Shown here piece after piece: positions 61,301 through 64,000 of a stretch of DNA of 64,000 nucleotides. The stretch comes from an uncultured bacterium (GTDB lineage Bacteria > Omnitrophota > Omnitrophia > Omnitrophales > Aquincolibacteriaceae). The translations under genes and the position numbers were made by a program. The stretch spans positions 19,875-83,874 of the forward strand of contig CAYZYT010000007.1 in NCBI GenBank assembly GCA_964482725.1, given 5' to 3'. Position 1 is the first letter of the stretch; each line of letters opens with the position of its first letter. The notes beneath the pieces were generated by a model. It did not search any database and was not told the origin of the DNA. It worked only from the letters and a program-made list of their open reading frames with translations.

Positions 61301-63173
61301 GGGCGTCGACATGGAAGAAAGGTCGTATGCGGTTCTTCCGGTGAAGTTCGATCTTCCCTCCGATCAGGTGATGGCGAATCTGTCTCAGACATTGCCTCTT
61401 GAGGCAAGGCCGCTTGCCTTTACCAAGAACCCGCAAGTGCTCTTTAAATCTTCCGGGATGCGGGGGGTGTGGAGTTCGGTGGCGGGTCTTCTTTTTGAAA
61501 ATACTCGAGCTGATCAGAAAACAAAACTGCTGGTTCTTTTTCCCGAGGAGACTGAAGAAAAGATTCGCGTATCCCTGCCGCCGGAATTCTTGAGGGGTGT
61601 AACCCTCGTGGCGCATTCGGCTTTCGCTAAACTGGCCGGGATCGAAGACCGCGGGGCAAGAGGAAAGTTCGCGCGGATCACGATCGCGCTGCGGTCCGAA
61701 AACAGGGCGCTGCCTGCGCCCGAGATCAAATGGTCCGCTGATGAGCTTGAGGGATTCTCACCCAACGTCACTGAACAGCACAAGGCTGCTGAAGCGATCA
61801 AATATTGGACGCCAAAGTTTTACATCTCCGGTGCCCCCGATGTGGAAACAGCCCGGATGGCCCTGGAAAGATTGGACAACGCTCGCTACGAGCGCCAGCT
61901 CTTGCTTGCCGCACATCTTTTGAAGGCCATGGCTTTGGAGAAGATCGGGCCCAGTATCAATCAACTTAATGACGGAGATCTGTCCAAAGTGATGATCGTT
62001 CTCGAGGACGCTCTGAAAGAGGGGACCCGTCGGCAGCTTCTTCAGAGAAAGGGCGAGGGATGGGGTTCCTATGATCAATTGGAACTATTGGCCAAGAGTC
62101 CGGCTTATCTTAAATCGGTTTTAAGAAAACTCAGTGAAGTCTACGCCCGTGATACGCAAGGGAAGGGCTTTGCGTCGAGAGCTGAAGCCCGCTTTGTTCC
62201 GGAGGCTGTTTTAAAATCGCAAACCATGGTGTCGGTGCCGGTCACCGTGACGGATGCTGACCGCGGCATGGCGACTTTCAATGAAGTGCGACAGATCTAC
62301 ACGGACGTGACATACGATGAGACGGCGGTTGAAAAGGTCACGCGCTGGTTCCGGGCCGGGATATTGCCTCTCAGAGTGGCTTTATCGGTTTCCTACACCA
62401 AAGCGCTTGCGCTTCTGGAACGCCTTGGCATTCGGCGGGAAGAAGTCTTGAAACTCGCGGATCGTCTGACGCCGGAAGATATGAATCTGCTTGAAACGAT
62501 CAGTGCTCGGAGTTTGGCGACCTTCCAGGATCAGATCGGAAAGACCCTTGCCGGTGGGGCCGTGTTTATGGACGCTGAAGGACTTATCAGTTTTGCCCGA
62601 AATGACAGTGTCGGTTTTTATAATATGCTGAATGAACTTGCCACTGAGAAAAAATCGGATGCTTCGGCTCAAAAACCTCTTTTGACCGCAGGCGATGCCG
62701 GGACGGCCGGGCGAATCGTTCAGTGGCTGCTCAATAAGAATTCAGGCCTTACGCTGGAGAAAGCGCAGATCCTAAATCTGTTGGATCAGGTCCTTGAGAT
62801 TGCGCCTGTAAAAGAGAATCAAACTGTCACGATTAACGAACTCGCTGCCGCAAGGTTGGGCGGCATGGTTTCGGTTCTTTCTTCGCAGGATATGCTCGCG
62901 GGTCTTAACGGGGGCGCTAATTTTGCTTTTAAAGATCGTTTGGCCAAGGAAAACGTGAAACTTGTGTTGCGGTCGCTTCTCGGGAGGATGAGGGCGCTGG
63001 CGGCTCAACTCGAGGGTGCTTCCGCGATCGACCGAGTGAAGCTCCTTGAGGAGTTCAACACGCGTCGTGTGGGCGGTCTCAAGAACGCCCAGGGAGGATT
63101 TGTTTTTGATAATATCCTCTTGCTTGCCCAAAGTTTTCTTGCCCAGGAGAAAGCTATCGCGAAGTCCGCGTAA
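40398..63173 (+). CDS. Giant (7591 aa) signal-peptide-bearing modular protein; putative polyprotein of cargo modules delimited by R-[S/A]-E-x-R
   Basis: One uninterrupted 22.8-kb ORF; Sec-type signal ending AFA at aa 32; 28 R[SA]ExR motifs; embedded PGI, GDH, P-loop, HAD and PGM domains. Confidence 0.93.
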   Translation: MNSSKPIKSFIAAFTAFTFFFTGLGISPNAFASGGASLAPEVSLPYQVKLDQNLRVTIPQELGKLENFKMGQGPAIFHIQDAHGHYEGQQKIRQLLGFLSKTYGVNTVLVEGSAFRLNSEKINFFPKDVKKTLAVNEEFTRRAWVSGAELFLLDRLQTRDQRQETKNKNLKPALGLQSPVSSLWSGGEAAEALGIENAEAYRSNGRSFVNVLTEKQKTEQFLADMNMQIERLASHSLNKELRDFLRRVEGFEKNQVPLDTWLANLKTEAAKSLEIDLASPAHQLDWPMLVRIYKIQELSSKLDRKSFPNERDAFLKAIRRFLPSRTTDPRPETRDQNQDKVSSLQSPVSSQIEALLRNDSMSQQLPDPETGLLFEDMVKRLPENFNYEAFPNVRNFIGTLLLRSELKADRLMREVQKLSETLTAKLIRNKEEQKLVALLADHRLLQKLFALELTPADYEIIRGERQTGNGERENIEPSEIIRRFSEFVPRSTFPVSRVKSVQFSHVAELDHLFDAAMKFYSGVKARDGMMETRIEERLKETGATKVAVITGGFHSQPMQDHFINKGYSYALITPKLSGADETGRDGYLQAALASILPAQNTYKNPFIFTTANPAGDGASLAGVKTAVTDVLQKLVAGGALSSADARGVTRKLAGKADQTTDQRPHTAANALSLQSPVSSLKSDVGRSEARMDLRGDAEEMLKSLKVKPGTDGASVTFTFEGEFPDKPSPMSVTSAAELFDLFQKLQEFGILPSDPDVLMLIGPGEVVEAEEGHTITIKPDQCMVVFKGGTEATVIQWQDAYGIKQVLQKIILWLGASSGPKVTVKLRSAAAAPAIPVAAPTVGANKLQLKKEVPSLKNLSPFKNLFGGLKSLGEAQIISEAPVAIRDAARILGTLSQKFSFTALGFVEASGNLADPSKVAWLPTLGNPSAGELMQNLSVTASGGNADALCDVVIAPYNGERFGSQSGNMLFLLPQRSEVRLENAGPVKDLEAIKKEIRSALEANDAAHTFKLFGITLLAGTHVADFDARVAQMDSSHLAAWLDAILPVLEKVASKVVVHVGYDDHGSGNADVKLWIALMSLKTQLNKARAAEAPLAQGTKTAPAATAVRSEARAKKVGVVVSVRIAVDLTKYDRRTLVRDVALREIEEKVGARAADDYLWRVRFYFNNDGSNDVRELRTFVSLNALKEWLRPSRRTRSNLTTLDIEGLPSIYAPAVRSEGRGPQEWMQEVDALTEQFSQKFQESQASGSAELASLEDRLEDIEKIQGRMRVLSLVIPREVVAIERRMKGEPSKEDFSAGLAAQRPSLRDMTREMEALYEKAIALNSVETDSVNRFPIAPVSVAGHFVFLGGPLGSLYTALNNARAEVRTQETHYRNTTAEGKMLEIVQKAAGSEILLDGANVGDWKRNPGLNDGNDRIVFGDLQVEDHNVTVLFDPSAMAEGKQPWLVSVDGDDHAEMTAPVVNAVQAFIKQSIVSVETSQVAAPAIEKEQPVAPAVVTPAVEKIAAAVSAVPVAPRVSGRISLPKEVRPVGSPVASIKLGAALKQFEAESAAAANDPKAVETRRLAAEVAAKAKNAQMLIGKSGGAQKPAQIRRGGLIDRLPGLPEREQARNVWPAFENFYTRLLAEGQAEALLKLLKETEQYTKTRTRATFIAAGIAAVVISLSWLITGVGVVTMMASFVCGAGVLGTVWFFNNNVPDLLRLTGSGVVALVPLFQKAVDDVKAREAKLAGRGPQPAAKGTEKDEESGSFGKQLSDLAAQATDAKVWDKGVIIPKLAEVIAGVPELTGTQMPVQTTLGKTQPEKTPNGMISKGTQGRSEVRANTVPAASEEALRNELQQIERQLEQIQDRQVQGEDVGLAREDVLALQGQRAAILESLGLTTRSEVRLSPVQERKFQQALRDLQAKWWDGSFNDHGAGRKIAAAILLGELKDPRAVPALTEVLTDEYEKVRRAAASAIELINNNTEVLNNELRRIEQALGQIQDRQVLGEDIGWAREDVLALEGQRAVILEQLEQANRSETRRGQEVLPKIDPTKTIAWRELKELSSLMQREAISMRGMFEADPNRFDKYSVRLGDDFLLDYSKNRIDGHVMAALMNLAGQTRLQDAIELMFTGAKINETENRAVLHTALRAPADAVIEVDGMNVVPDVHQVLQRMKKFTDDVRSGEWKSYTGKRIKNIVNIGIGGSDLGPVMAYEALKSYSDRDLTVRFISNVDATDFAEKTRDLKPEETLFIIASKTFTTQETMTNAGTAKAWFLKSGAKEEDVAKHFVAVSTAKELVKKFGIDTANMFEFWDWVGGRYSVWSAVGLPLMCAIGYENFREFLDGAHEMDRHFRTAPFNQNIPVILALLGIWYNNFFGAQSQAILPYDQYLNRFAAYFQQGDMESNGKSAGRDGKPVTHQTGPILWGEPGTNGQHAFYQLIHQGTKLIPADFIGFANSLNPIGDHPEKLAANLFAQTQALAFGKTADEARADLVAENVKKKAKGEKELTAEEIESLIPFKVFEGNKPTNTILVNQLTPRTLGVLVAMYEHKIFVQGVIWNIYSFDQWGVELGKALASGILPQLAPSAEVKGQDSSTSGLIGVWKKMSGRSELRGIIALRHRLKSLVMVSAAAGMMGFSGCATHNVGTQAPRSYPPAPSYDYRPLYKKPILPKTQVPKFNFKQNANPPAFRPLRPVAPMPKMPAARYRSETRDLELERLLAARKEVQDVAREQLSNPKLIEALKKRAAREGKVFQVPSMSRRSELRGNVETRDPDLERLIAARKAVQDTAREQLSNPKLIEALKQRALRKGIVFSEPVFSAVLIIGLGLGAVSAALAQASVTNENAALTHRPNWAEFMATSDRSDVATTLVKFTRAGEEWARKRGKTVDYTPAFLETMKEKIRKGEIRDSQELYNLVIRWVEHNAVPSGKATRSTRTGAASSTEERSELLTAPEKGTAESAESGGEANTVRAEIRNVDEFTGKLLEETQLGAEMLASELNDAVLFENLDTAIQRAIEQVLGEMDQSPDHAADFYIRDRDNIISNLESRSENRLIAGVAEKGMSFEEVREVSRARRKKAAWQGGIQWWPKVSAFLGGNIASAGNLVAPLAEESVYQGSLDVRSEARLYKKAWAHVTAVTSSAKGLNPLYAVMTAAVIGVSGCANYQGGLLHSLRHNPPANIPDYRNHYSPPPYYRAPYVPKSHFKPPVIPIRPVPSGPNRSEVRKSVVGNSSNPVVSLWGLDTFDSQQGSVLTAINSEFVFPGDFQLQASLLADYSVIEELHQGSFKAGDKQYHLVVDVGESIATLRLSLDGEMRLTGWKWLKDIRSEVQDLARHPYGLLAEVNESLRRQNIPEVKQETTQIYGQQLIHGVESILEKFRGKPFTGITYQQVAGRSEVRTVGSSAEELDRAIDAAYVKKRQLESKVGEARRNYESSYWRETDARRRENLRDGDRDLEQLKDETDSLRVTRDSLQKELETVTIQIRRLLDEKHPVKRSEVRETTKQALIRVNAEMEGLDRLISELTRAPESADKDERLEALNASYDELEEKRQHLARLGVIKKAWAHVSAVTSAAKGLNPLYTVGLAIFEQWLWHPRSLTLAQAAHVEQAASMEARLDTLRALGANPGLGYQRFVYHLMRAELSPSEWRRFDRALMWEVDAEKKVASVRSELRGGKNIAGMLKQKGLDDNEIRLLAAAVLVSGGRGNLSQAGVILKNTNTLPEVTPEMLVAFQTLMSRPEDMRAVWLKLDDQLRFSHDIEALYFQDENLGAAHRLMHKAQVLIDVFRALRGEISSMGNRSEIRAEVDPETAAKIADRWKKIRYMETDPEGVKLKAEAEEKGEGFLNNAQATIRKVAAQIKLDPKILEKLLQFTKVIRVKIPLTLDEGGETQYIDGFRIGHAPYRGPYKGGIRFAIGVVENMIKALATEMSVKNAIAGLPYGGGKGGVAIDPKYLSIKELARLTRGYVEQCLKQDPNAFGALLDVPAGDIGTTSREMGWFADEFLRIKGSDLFDTDGYRDFLAKGDEKGKPYDETGMPRLQFYMKEYYGKRHIDMSEGSLIATVTAKPEGKGGAVGRTPATGLGLYYVTRDALKIYGDRLGIGASVAQQRIAVEAYGNVGSYAARSFFDNGAKVMAIKEFIGRPVAVVATTDRGMDLNKLDKHLAEKNADGTSKKNTVLTYVEAHPEDARLATIEGFWSSDVTVLALCAKEKTVNKEIAALIKAKIISEGANGPLENDGSEQILLDKGAIILPDVATNDGGVAFSSLEWRANNIGESWPEVAGNGLMEDKVVSAFYDISRVSESQKITLREAAYQIAISKIVDAMLAADPELGNLFDETHPAYVMDAGAKRWRPETWQELRQIDSRKAKAALIDRADEVMNKKIDEIVSEALRDLPSKRGSVILIGGPRAAGKPMLGANMLAKLRARGLKASILDMDNQRMDDLTNVLRGKKVPVLLEDGSRDGDLQLGTDEILIVNGYYALGDEILRRIHAIQGKAFPLIAYSSPDILLSNNWALTAYDVRLMRDTLSGLVVGEEMSVQEVIRRWQLQRVSETEAVFATWKNAKRAINTYLPYELPFLKSLVGPLIKIAIAQESREPGDDGYTLNVLRHLDSLLRNVEGWDVSLLEGHHDSVLWEYVQRYVPNGTTGVRSELRGGADLTREAKLEQYSWKFLGHVWGVTLSGLAFAAGIFYAAEALGYLSVAGQIFSELWAAGWVLGYSMIMALVGGFGVSYFIRLYQETKSGALAELAQERLAADLESVKDRITKELSRYPSIPQRFTAGFQAVRNDLSQADQVISYLEALVGDLTTYGEKHPSDAKDAWATCDVLDRIAEELSFYPDSSRSEIRSKEDFAAFVDKFLKRSEIVKELDGVELTLRAIKEMAQEAIPDDKMTRVVSDVMLRAAKQDGLKQPLIHKGLKNAYPRNSQRGKRVMAETLAEAFSVALSGNDPYDVREALTVFRRALTAYSKETGSFSSGQQEAAKTLAAQLGIKWDRIRSHGLLAFDMQKTLVERKEILTDGLRDGLIWLLSEGVPVVVISANSREEIWQQLMEPILKELRARNKLSVIENMLVYANSGTSKYWVDSMGERHLDVGFSKQFMIGQEVERAIQEGLKDLAVRGFFIPPAEWPAFRDLYERDKVKDGLETEFQFPWMGKNISRSAYEPSIVQRLKNEKIVQAPYIIRRGLLEGDGDQRGTALAIRQFLPGQREKAWHSLEELLPARLGALASQFALRGGGVSTIDLSNKNANKAMAFRDAVGFFQKKGRRVDFHDVVYHGDEVWRGSEGTAAKNRGNDMIMLENDFDGDPGYKKFQVVAFNPNPPEGLSAEYQTRTSYIGGEQRGVELYLGLLKQSVENLRERSGEAVPVRSEVRGFVALAENALKKRWISEAALANIRSWSGPEYARVHGQLDEELKAAGQDPKAWSKINDAWYTKVAVGTAGMRGTLGLGTNRISEYTLGSLMMAHALSVNDPAYTQIIEENYPEFRAKDLHRAVVIGGDSRYGSYDAQTKKPGRHIKLEALINVALGIKAYVFKSPASTPQLAWAVHELDVEPTDLLVSGSMNTASHNPLTDNGNKPYKIDGSQSTGVFSELMAKNLSNAGVTALNALTYDGLSVLENVDEAFARAVAKGDIRWVGGTDDDSYAKDAYHADELFVQRELQEAIHTINGIFDNAKIDLGNSRIVISPLFGVSRHILKKIIKARGLSEDQIVWVEDEPNPDFPGVKGGKPNPEEPKARLAALRKAVEVNADLVLWTDPDADRPAVAAKKDLTKKAVSTDDYVSFNGNQQLAILIDYLVRELKSLAAGHSLADDETRTHLARQAAVIMSNIGKTFAAFSLVSADLPKMIARNAGMEVVGTLVGFKYIGDQIELRSKMIQKLAGITETEWQGLSNSRKLELGLQYSQAFIFGGEESLGALSSDGPHDKDALAGVMWFVEIMGRLRKDGLTLNDRLTEIYKTYSYFSERFPMLEKGKTYAGVDLSEDEATQVIKAEKGPSIMNFFRATPPRAIAGKKVIAILDMLAQTAKDVDGNLLFDADHPGGLVTPQTAGIPESFRSALSQIQVPATIHPANKHLLRGIYSFRHKPVPGSSGAGEALPREAFIRLLLEDGSIVTPRPSGTEPKLKFYILGRGLYENKAAVDAWVEAASKELDAIGDGVAKQRFPERFTARAETSSTLSLKRSGLRGKFDALMEMNISSLDDTRDPTMKQLWNAVRKAMNRDESVRRNIADANTANDSVSAAKATEQISRAMDMALDAQKAAAVQEGKRVFGDRSTVASMAAVVAIAPFVMSPVLAVMVEILGIYSLVDLLSTGSLRWKRKGLSLNDVEYYKPLIRLAFERTESQIIAEATEKAARSEIRDGAAEPAKTTVSSEPAVQPAEKVVAPVVEKTPEEKKPAVVAAPVAASEQNAVSGNLPYLVAAITGLTILGALAAVALYALEGESTHDKFVKISVAVVCALVGAGGIFAVLFGVASLDFMRSSRGNSSRSPLELAESESLRLIKKVESKIRPEQNRLEAITKHAMTEAAAAGDKKKQPVVESSETLQLRAKVEAQEEVARQMRSIAEEYKQFEILSSRAVKKQQPQIDAVTQKIRALYEPWAAEEAKKVSAAAAKRSEIRQTSSSDPEAIQALVERIGDLESRYEKLKSQSGHAAQREVRRVKRELDQARASLERTESSVGRSEVRQDDEKELRELRSRWDELMQSKVHTWRVAAELSQVQAKISAILDSQKAKVKQVIDLEIVPELMKRISDMEMAVRKQRLDESTTLEVISLLGTRVERVYAAIAPVAVSRGLDPLGMLRFFYGMAPTHEDPNKKFMDIYKAFFMGDREKINALSFQIVGLPIRDMDTAREIFGEKFSPWIAALLELPKDIFERKFVQQTSEGSKELDGRIVALANFLQHMTAFYQGSHREALLAEAGMLLTAWDGWANPSRVIPVAPQTLQVGGLQVIQHSYYRSPGVTIDNKPVSQANKRAEIRAEVLAATTSLPLSREVVVGVDMEERSYAVLPVKFDLPSDQVMANLSQTLPLEARPLAFTKNPQVLFKSSGMRGVWSSVAGLLFENTRADQKTKLLVLFPEETEEKIRVSLPPEFLRGVTLVAHSAFAKLAGIEDRGARGKFARITIALRSENRALPAPEIKWSADELEGFSPNVTEQHKAAEAIKYWTPKFYISGAPDVETARMALERLDNARYERQLLLAAHLLKAMALEKIGPSINQLNDGDLSKVMIVLEDALKEGTRRQLLQRKGEGWGSYDQLELLAKSPAYLKSVLRKLSEVYARDTQGKGFASRAEARFVPEAVLKSQTMVSVPVTVTDADRGMATFNEVRQIYTDVTYDETAVEKVTRWFRAGILPLRVALSVSYTKALALLERLGIRREEVLKLADRLTPEDMNLLETISARSLATFQDQIGKTLAGGAVFMDAEGLISFARNDSVGFYNMLNELATEKKSDASAQKPLLTAGDAGTAGRIVQWLLNKNSGLTLEKAQILNLLDQVLEIAPVKENQTVTINELAAARLGGMVSVLSSQDMLAGLNGGANFAFKDRLAKENVKLVLRSLLGRMRALAAQLEGASAIDRVKLLEEFNTRRVGGLKNAQGGFVFDNILLLAQSFLAQEKAIAKSA
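40856..40952. repeat. AGAC-type 7-nt-period palindrome read in frame inside the giant gene
   Basis: agacagactacagacaagagaccagagacaagagact...gtctccagtctccagtctccagtctctggtct encodes [11 protein letters not shown]...[10 protein letters not shown]. Confidence 0.8.
41371..41448. repeat. AGAC-type 7-nt-period palindrome, in frame
   Basis: (gagaccc)n ... (agtctcc)4 encodes [10 protein letters not shown]...[10 protein letters not shown]. Confidence 0.85.
41783..41887. repeat. AACG-type 7-nt-period palindrome, in frame
   Basis: ggggaacggcaaacgggcaacggtgaacg ... cgttccccgttccacgttccccgtttcccg. Confidence 0.75.
42364..42443. repeat. AGAC-type 7-nt-period palindrome, in frame
   Basis: cagaccagaccacagaccagagaccacatact ... 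agtctccagtctccagtctccagtctcaagtcc. Confidence 0.8.
46467..48167 (+). other. pgi: Embedded full-length glucose-6-phosphate isomerase module
   Basis: [54 protein letters not shown] and [10 protein letters not shown]; bounded by RSETR and RSELR. Confidence 0.95.
51741..53310 (+). other. Embedded Glu/Leu/Phe/Val dehydrogenase module
   Basis: [57 protein letters not shown] and [12 protein letters not shown]; begins after RSEIR. Confidence 0.9.
53440..54275 (+). other. Embedded degenerate uridine-kinase/PRK-like P-loop domain
   Basis: [13 protein letters not shown] (Walker A lacking S/T), [23 protein letters not shown] and LPYELPFLK. Confidence 0.55.
55325..56400 (+). other. Embedded HAD-IIB-like domain, degenerate
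   Basis: [10 protein letters not shown] (motif I, second Asp missing), VVVISAN (motif II), ANKAMA (motif III) and YHGDEV...GNDMIML (motif IV). Confidence 0.65.
56442..58859 (+). other. Embedded phosphoglucomutase/phosphomannomutase module
   Basis: [13 protein letters not shown] (phospho-Ser at 57021), DPDADR, GFKYIG, GGEESLG and [12 protein letters not shown]; bounded by RSEVR and RSGLR. Confidence 0.93.
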
Positions 63174-63179
63174 AGCCGT

Positions 63180-63246
63180 ATACCGTGCAGCGTATGTCGA
63201 ATGTCTTCCTTTTGTGACATACGATCTTCGATATACGACATGCGGT
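63180..63246. repeat. Imperfect hairpin with 7-nt periodicity downstream of the giant gene
   Basis: accgtgcagcgtatgtcgaatgtc ... gacatacgatcttcgatatacgacatgcggt. Confidence 0.5.
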
Positions 63247-63331
63247 CGCGCACTAAGTCCTTTCCATTCCACAGCTTCATTGCTAAAATACTTCCTCGAT
63301 TCGTAACCTATTGGGTAAAAGGAAGATAGCA

Positions 63332-64000
63332 ATGTTTCCATCCGTCAGAGAACAACTCGAGGTTTTTAAAGAGAATCTTGTCGAGCTTATTTCCGAGCGT
63401 GAGCTGACGGCGAAACTGGAAGTCTCCTTCAAGAATAAATGTCCTCTTCGCATCAAATACGGAGCCGACCCGTCGGCGCCAGATCTTCATCTCGGCCATA
63501 CCGTTCCTCTCCGCAAGCTGCGTAGCCTTCAGGACTTAGGGCATACCGTTGTTTTTATCATTGGCGATTTTACGGCACGCATTGGGGATCCTTCCGGGAA
63601 ATCCGAGACTCGGCCGATGCTTTCCGAAGAACAGGTCCAGGCGAATGCCAAGACCTATCAGGAGCAGGTGTTTCGCATTCTCGATAAAAAGAAGACCGAG
63701 GTCCGCTACAATTCCGAATGGCTGGGGACGATGAGTTCCGCAGATTTTCTAAAACTTACGGCCCAATACACGGTGGCGCGGATCCTCGAGCGTGACGATT
63801 TTTCAAAGCGCTACAAGGCGGGGGAGCCCATCGCGATCGTGGAACTCCTTTATCCGTTGATGCAGGGGCATGATTCGGTGGAGATCGAGTCGGATGTCGA
63901 GATCGGTGGCACCGACCAGAAGTTCAATCTGCTGGTGGGGCGCGAACTGCAAAGGATTGACGGACAGGAGCCGCAGATCGTGATGACATTGCCTCTGATT
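63332..64000 (+). CDS. tyrS: Tyrosyl-tRNA synthetase, 3'-truncated by the window end (absent from the ORF track)
   Basis: Manual translation: [12 protein letters not shown]...[16 protein letters not shown]...[14 protein letters not shown]...YPLMQGHDS...GGTDQKFNL. Confidence 0.95.
   Translation, partial: MFPSVREQLEVFKENLVELISERELTAKLEVSFKNKCPLRIKYGADPSAPDLHLGHTVPLRKLRSLQDLGHTVVFIIGDFTARIGDPSGKSETRPMLSEEQVQANAKTYQEQVFRILDKKKTEVRYNSEWLGTMSSADFLKLTAQYTVARILERDDFSKRYKAGEPIAIVELLYPLMQGHDSVEIESDVEIGGTDQKFNLLVGRELQRIDGQEPQIVMTLPLI

Noticed and set aside
42453-62192. RSExR sites as a DNA repeat array or as intein boundaries
   Set aside because: Synonymous positions vary and spacing is irregular; there are no Cys/Ser...His-Asn intein termini at the module edges.
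40398-63173. Giant ORF as an artefact of stop-codon reassignment or fused separate genes
   Set aside because: There are no in-frame stops under the standard code, neighbouring genes end at TAA, TAG and TGA normally, and most modules lack their own Met and RBS.

Overview
A ~55% GC bacterial chromosome segment, almost entirely on the + strand. The gene content suggests an anaerobe, and the giant gene plus repeat families suggest Omnitrophota/PVC (inference only). The first 40 kb is mostly housekeeping and stress genes: a partial FecR-domain protein, GH13 amylase, glgP, an MFS transporter, a PocR/9xPAS histidine kinase with its receiver, GAF-ANTAR, gdhA, Rrf2-ptsI-hcp, radical SAM, nadA, ilvD, ferritin, a flavodiiron protein, nitroreductase, cspA, typA, cyclophilin, an HI0933 flavoprotein, NlpC/P60 and an Rrf2-sufBCDSU-DUF59 operon. 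A partial tyrS closes the window. The standout is a 22.8 kb ORF (40398-63173, 7591 aa) built like a polyprotein. It starts with a signal peptide and a domain with a TraB/Tiki/EreA/ChaN-type residue pattern, followed by about 29 unrelated cargo modules separated by a recurring R-[S/A]-E-x-R pentapeptide (28 strict copies by my count, none inside a recognisable enzyme domain). Cargo includes full-length glucose-6-phosphate isomerase, a Glu/Leu/Phe/Val dehydrogenase, phosphoglucomutase, degenerate HAD and P-loop domains, membrane hairpins, coiled coils and two Pro-rich modules with internal lipoboxes. The window also carries several families of small palindromic elements, including one that inserts at start codons and one read through in frame inside the giant gene, plus a candidate ANTAR antiterminator before gdhA and an IF2 domain embedded in the FecR protein.
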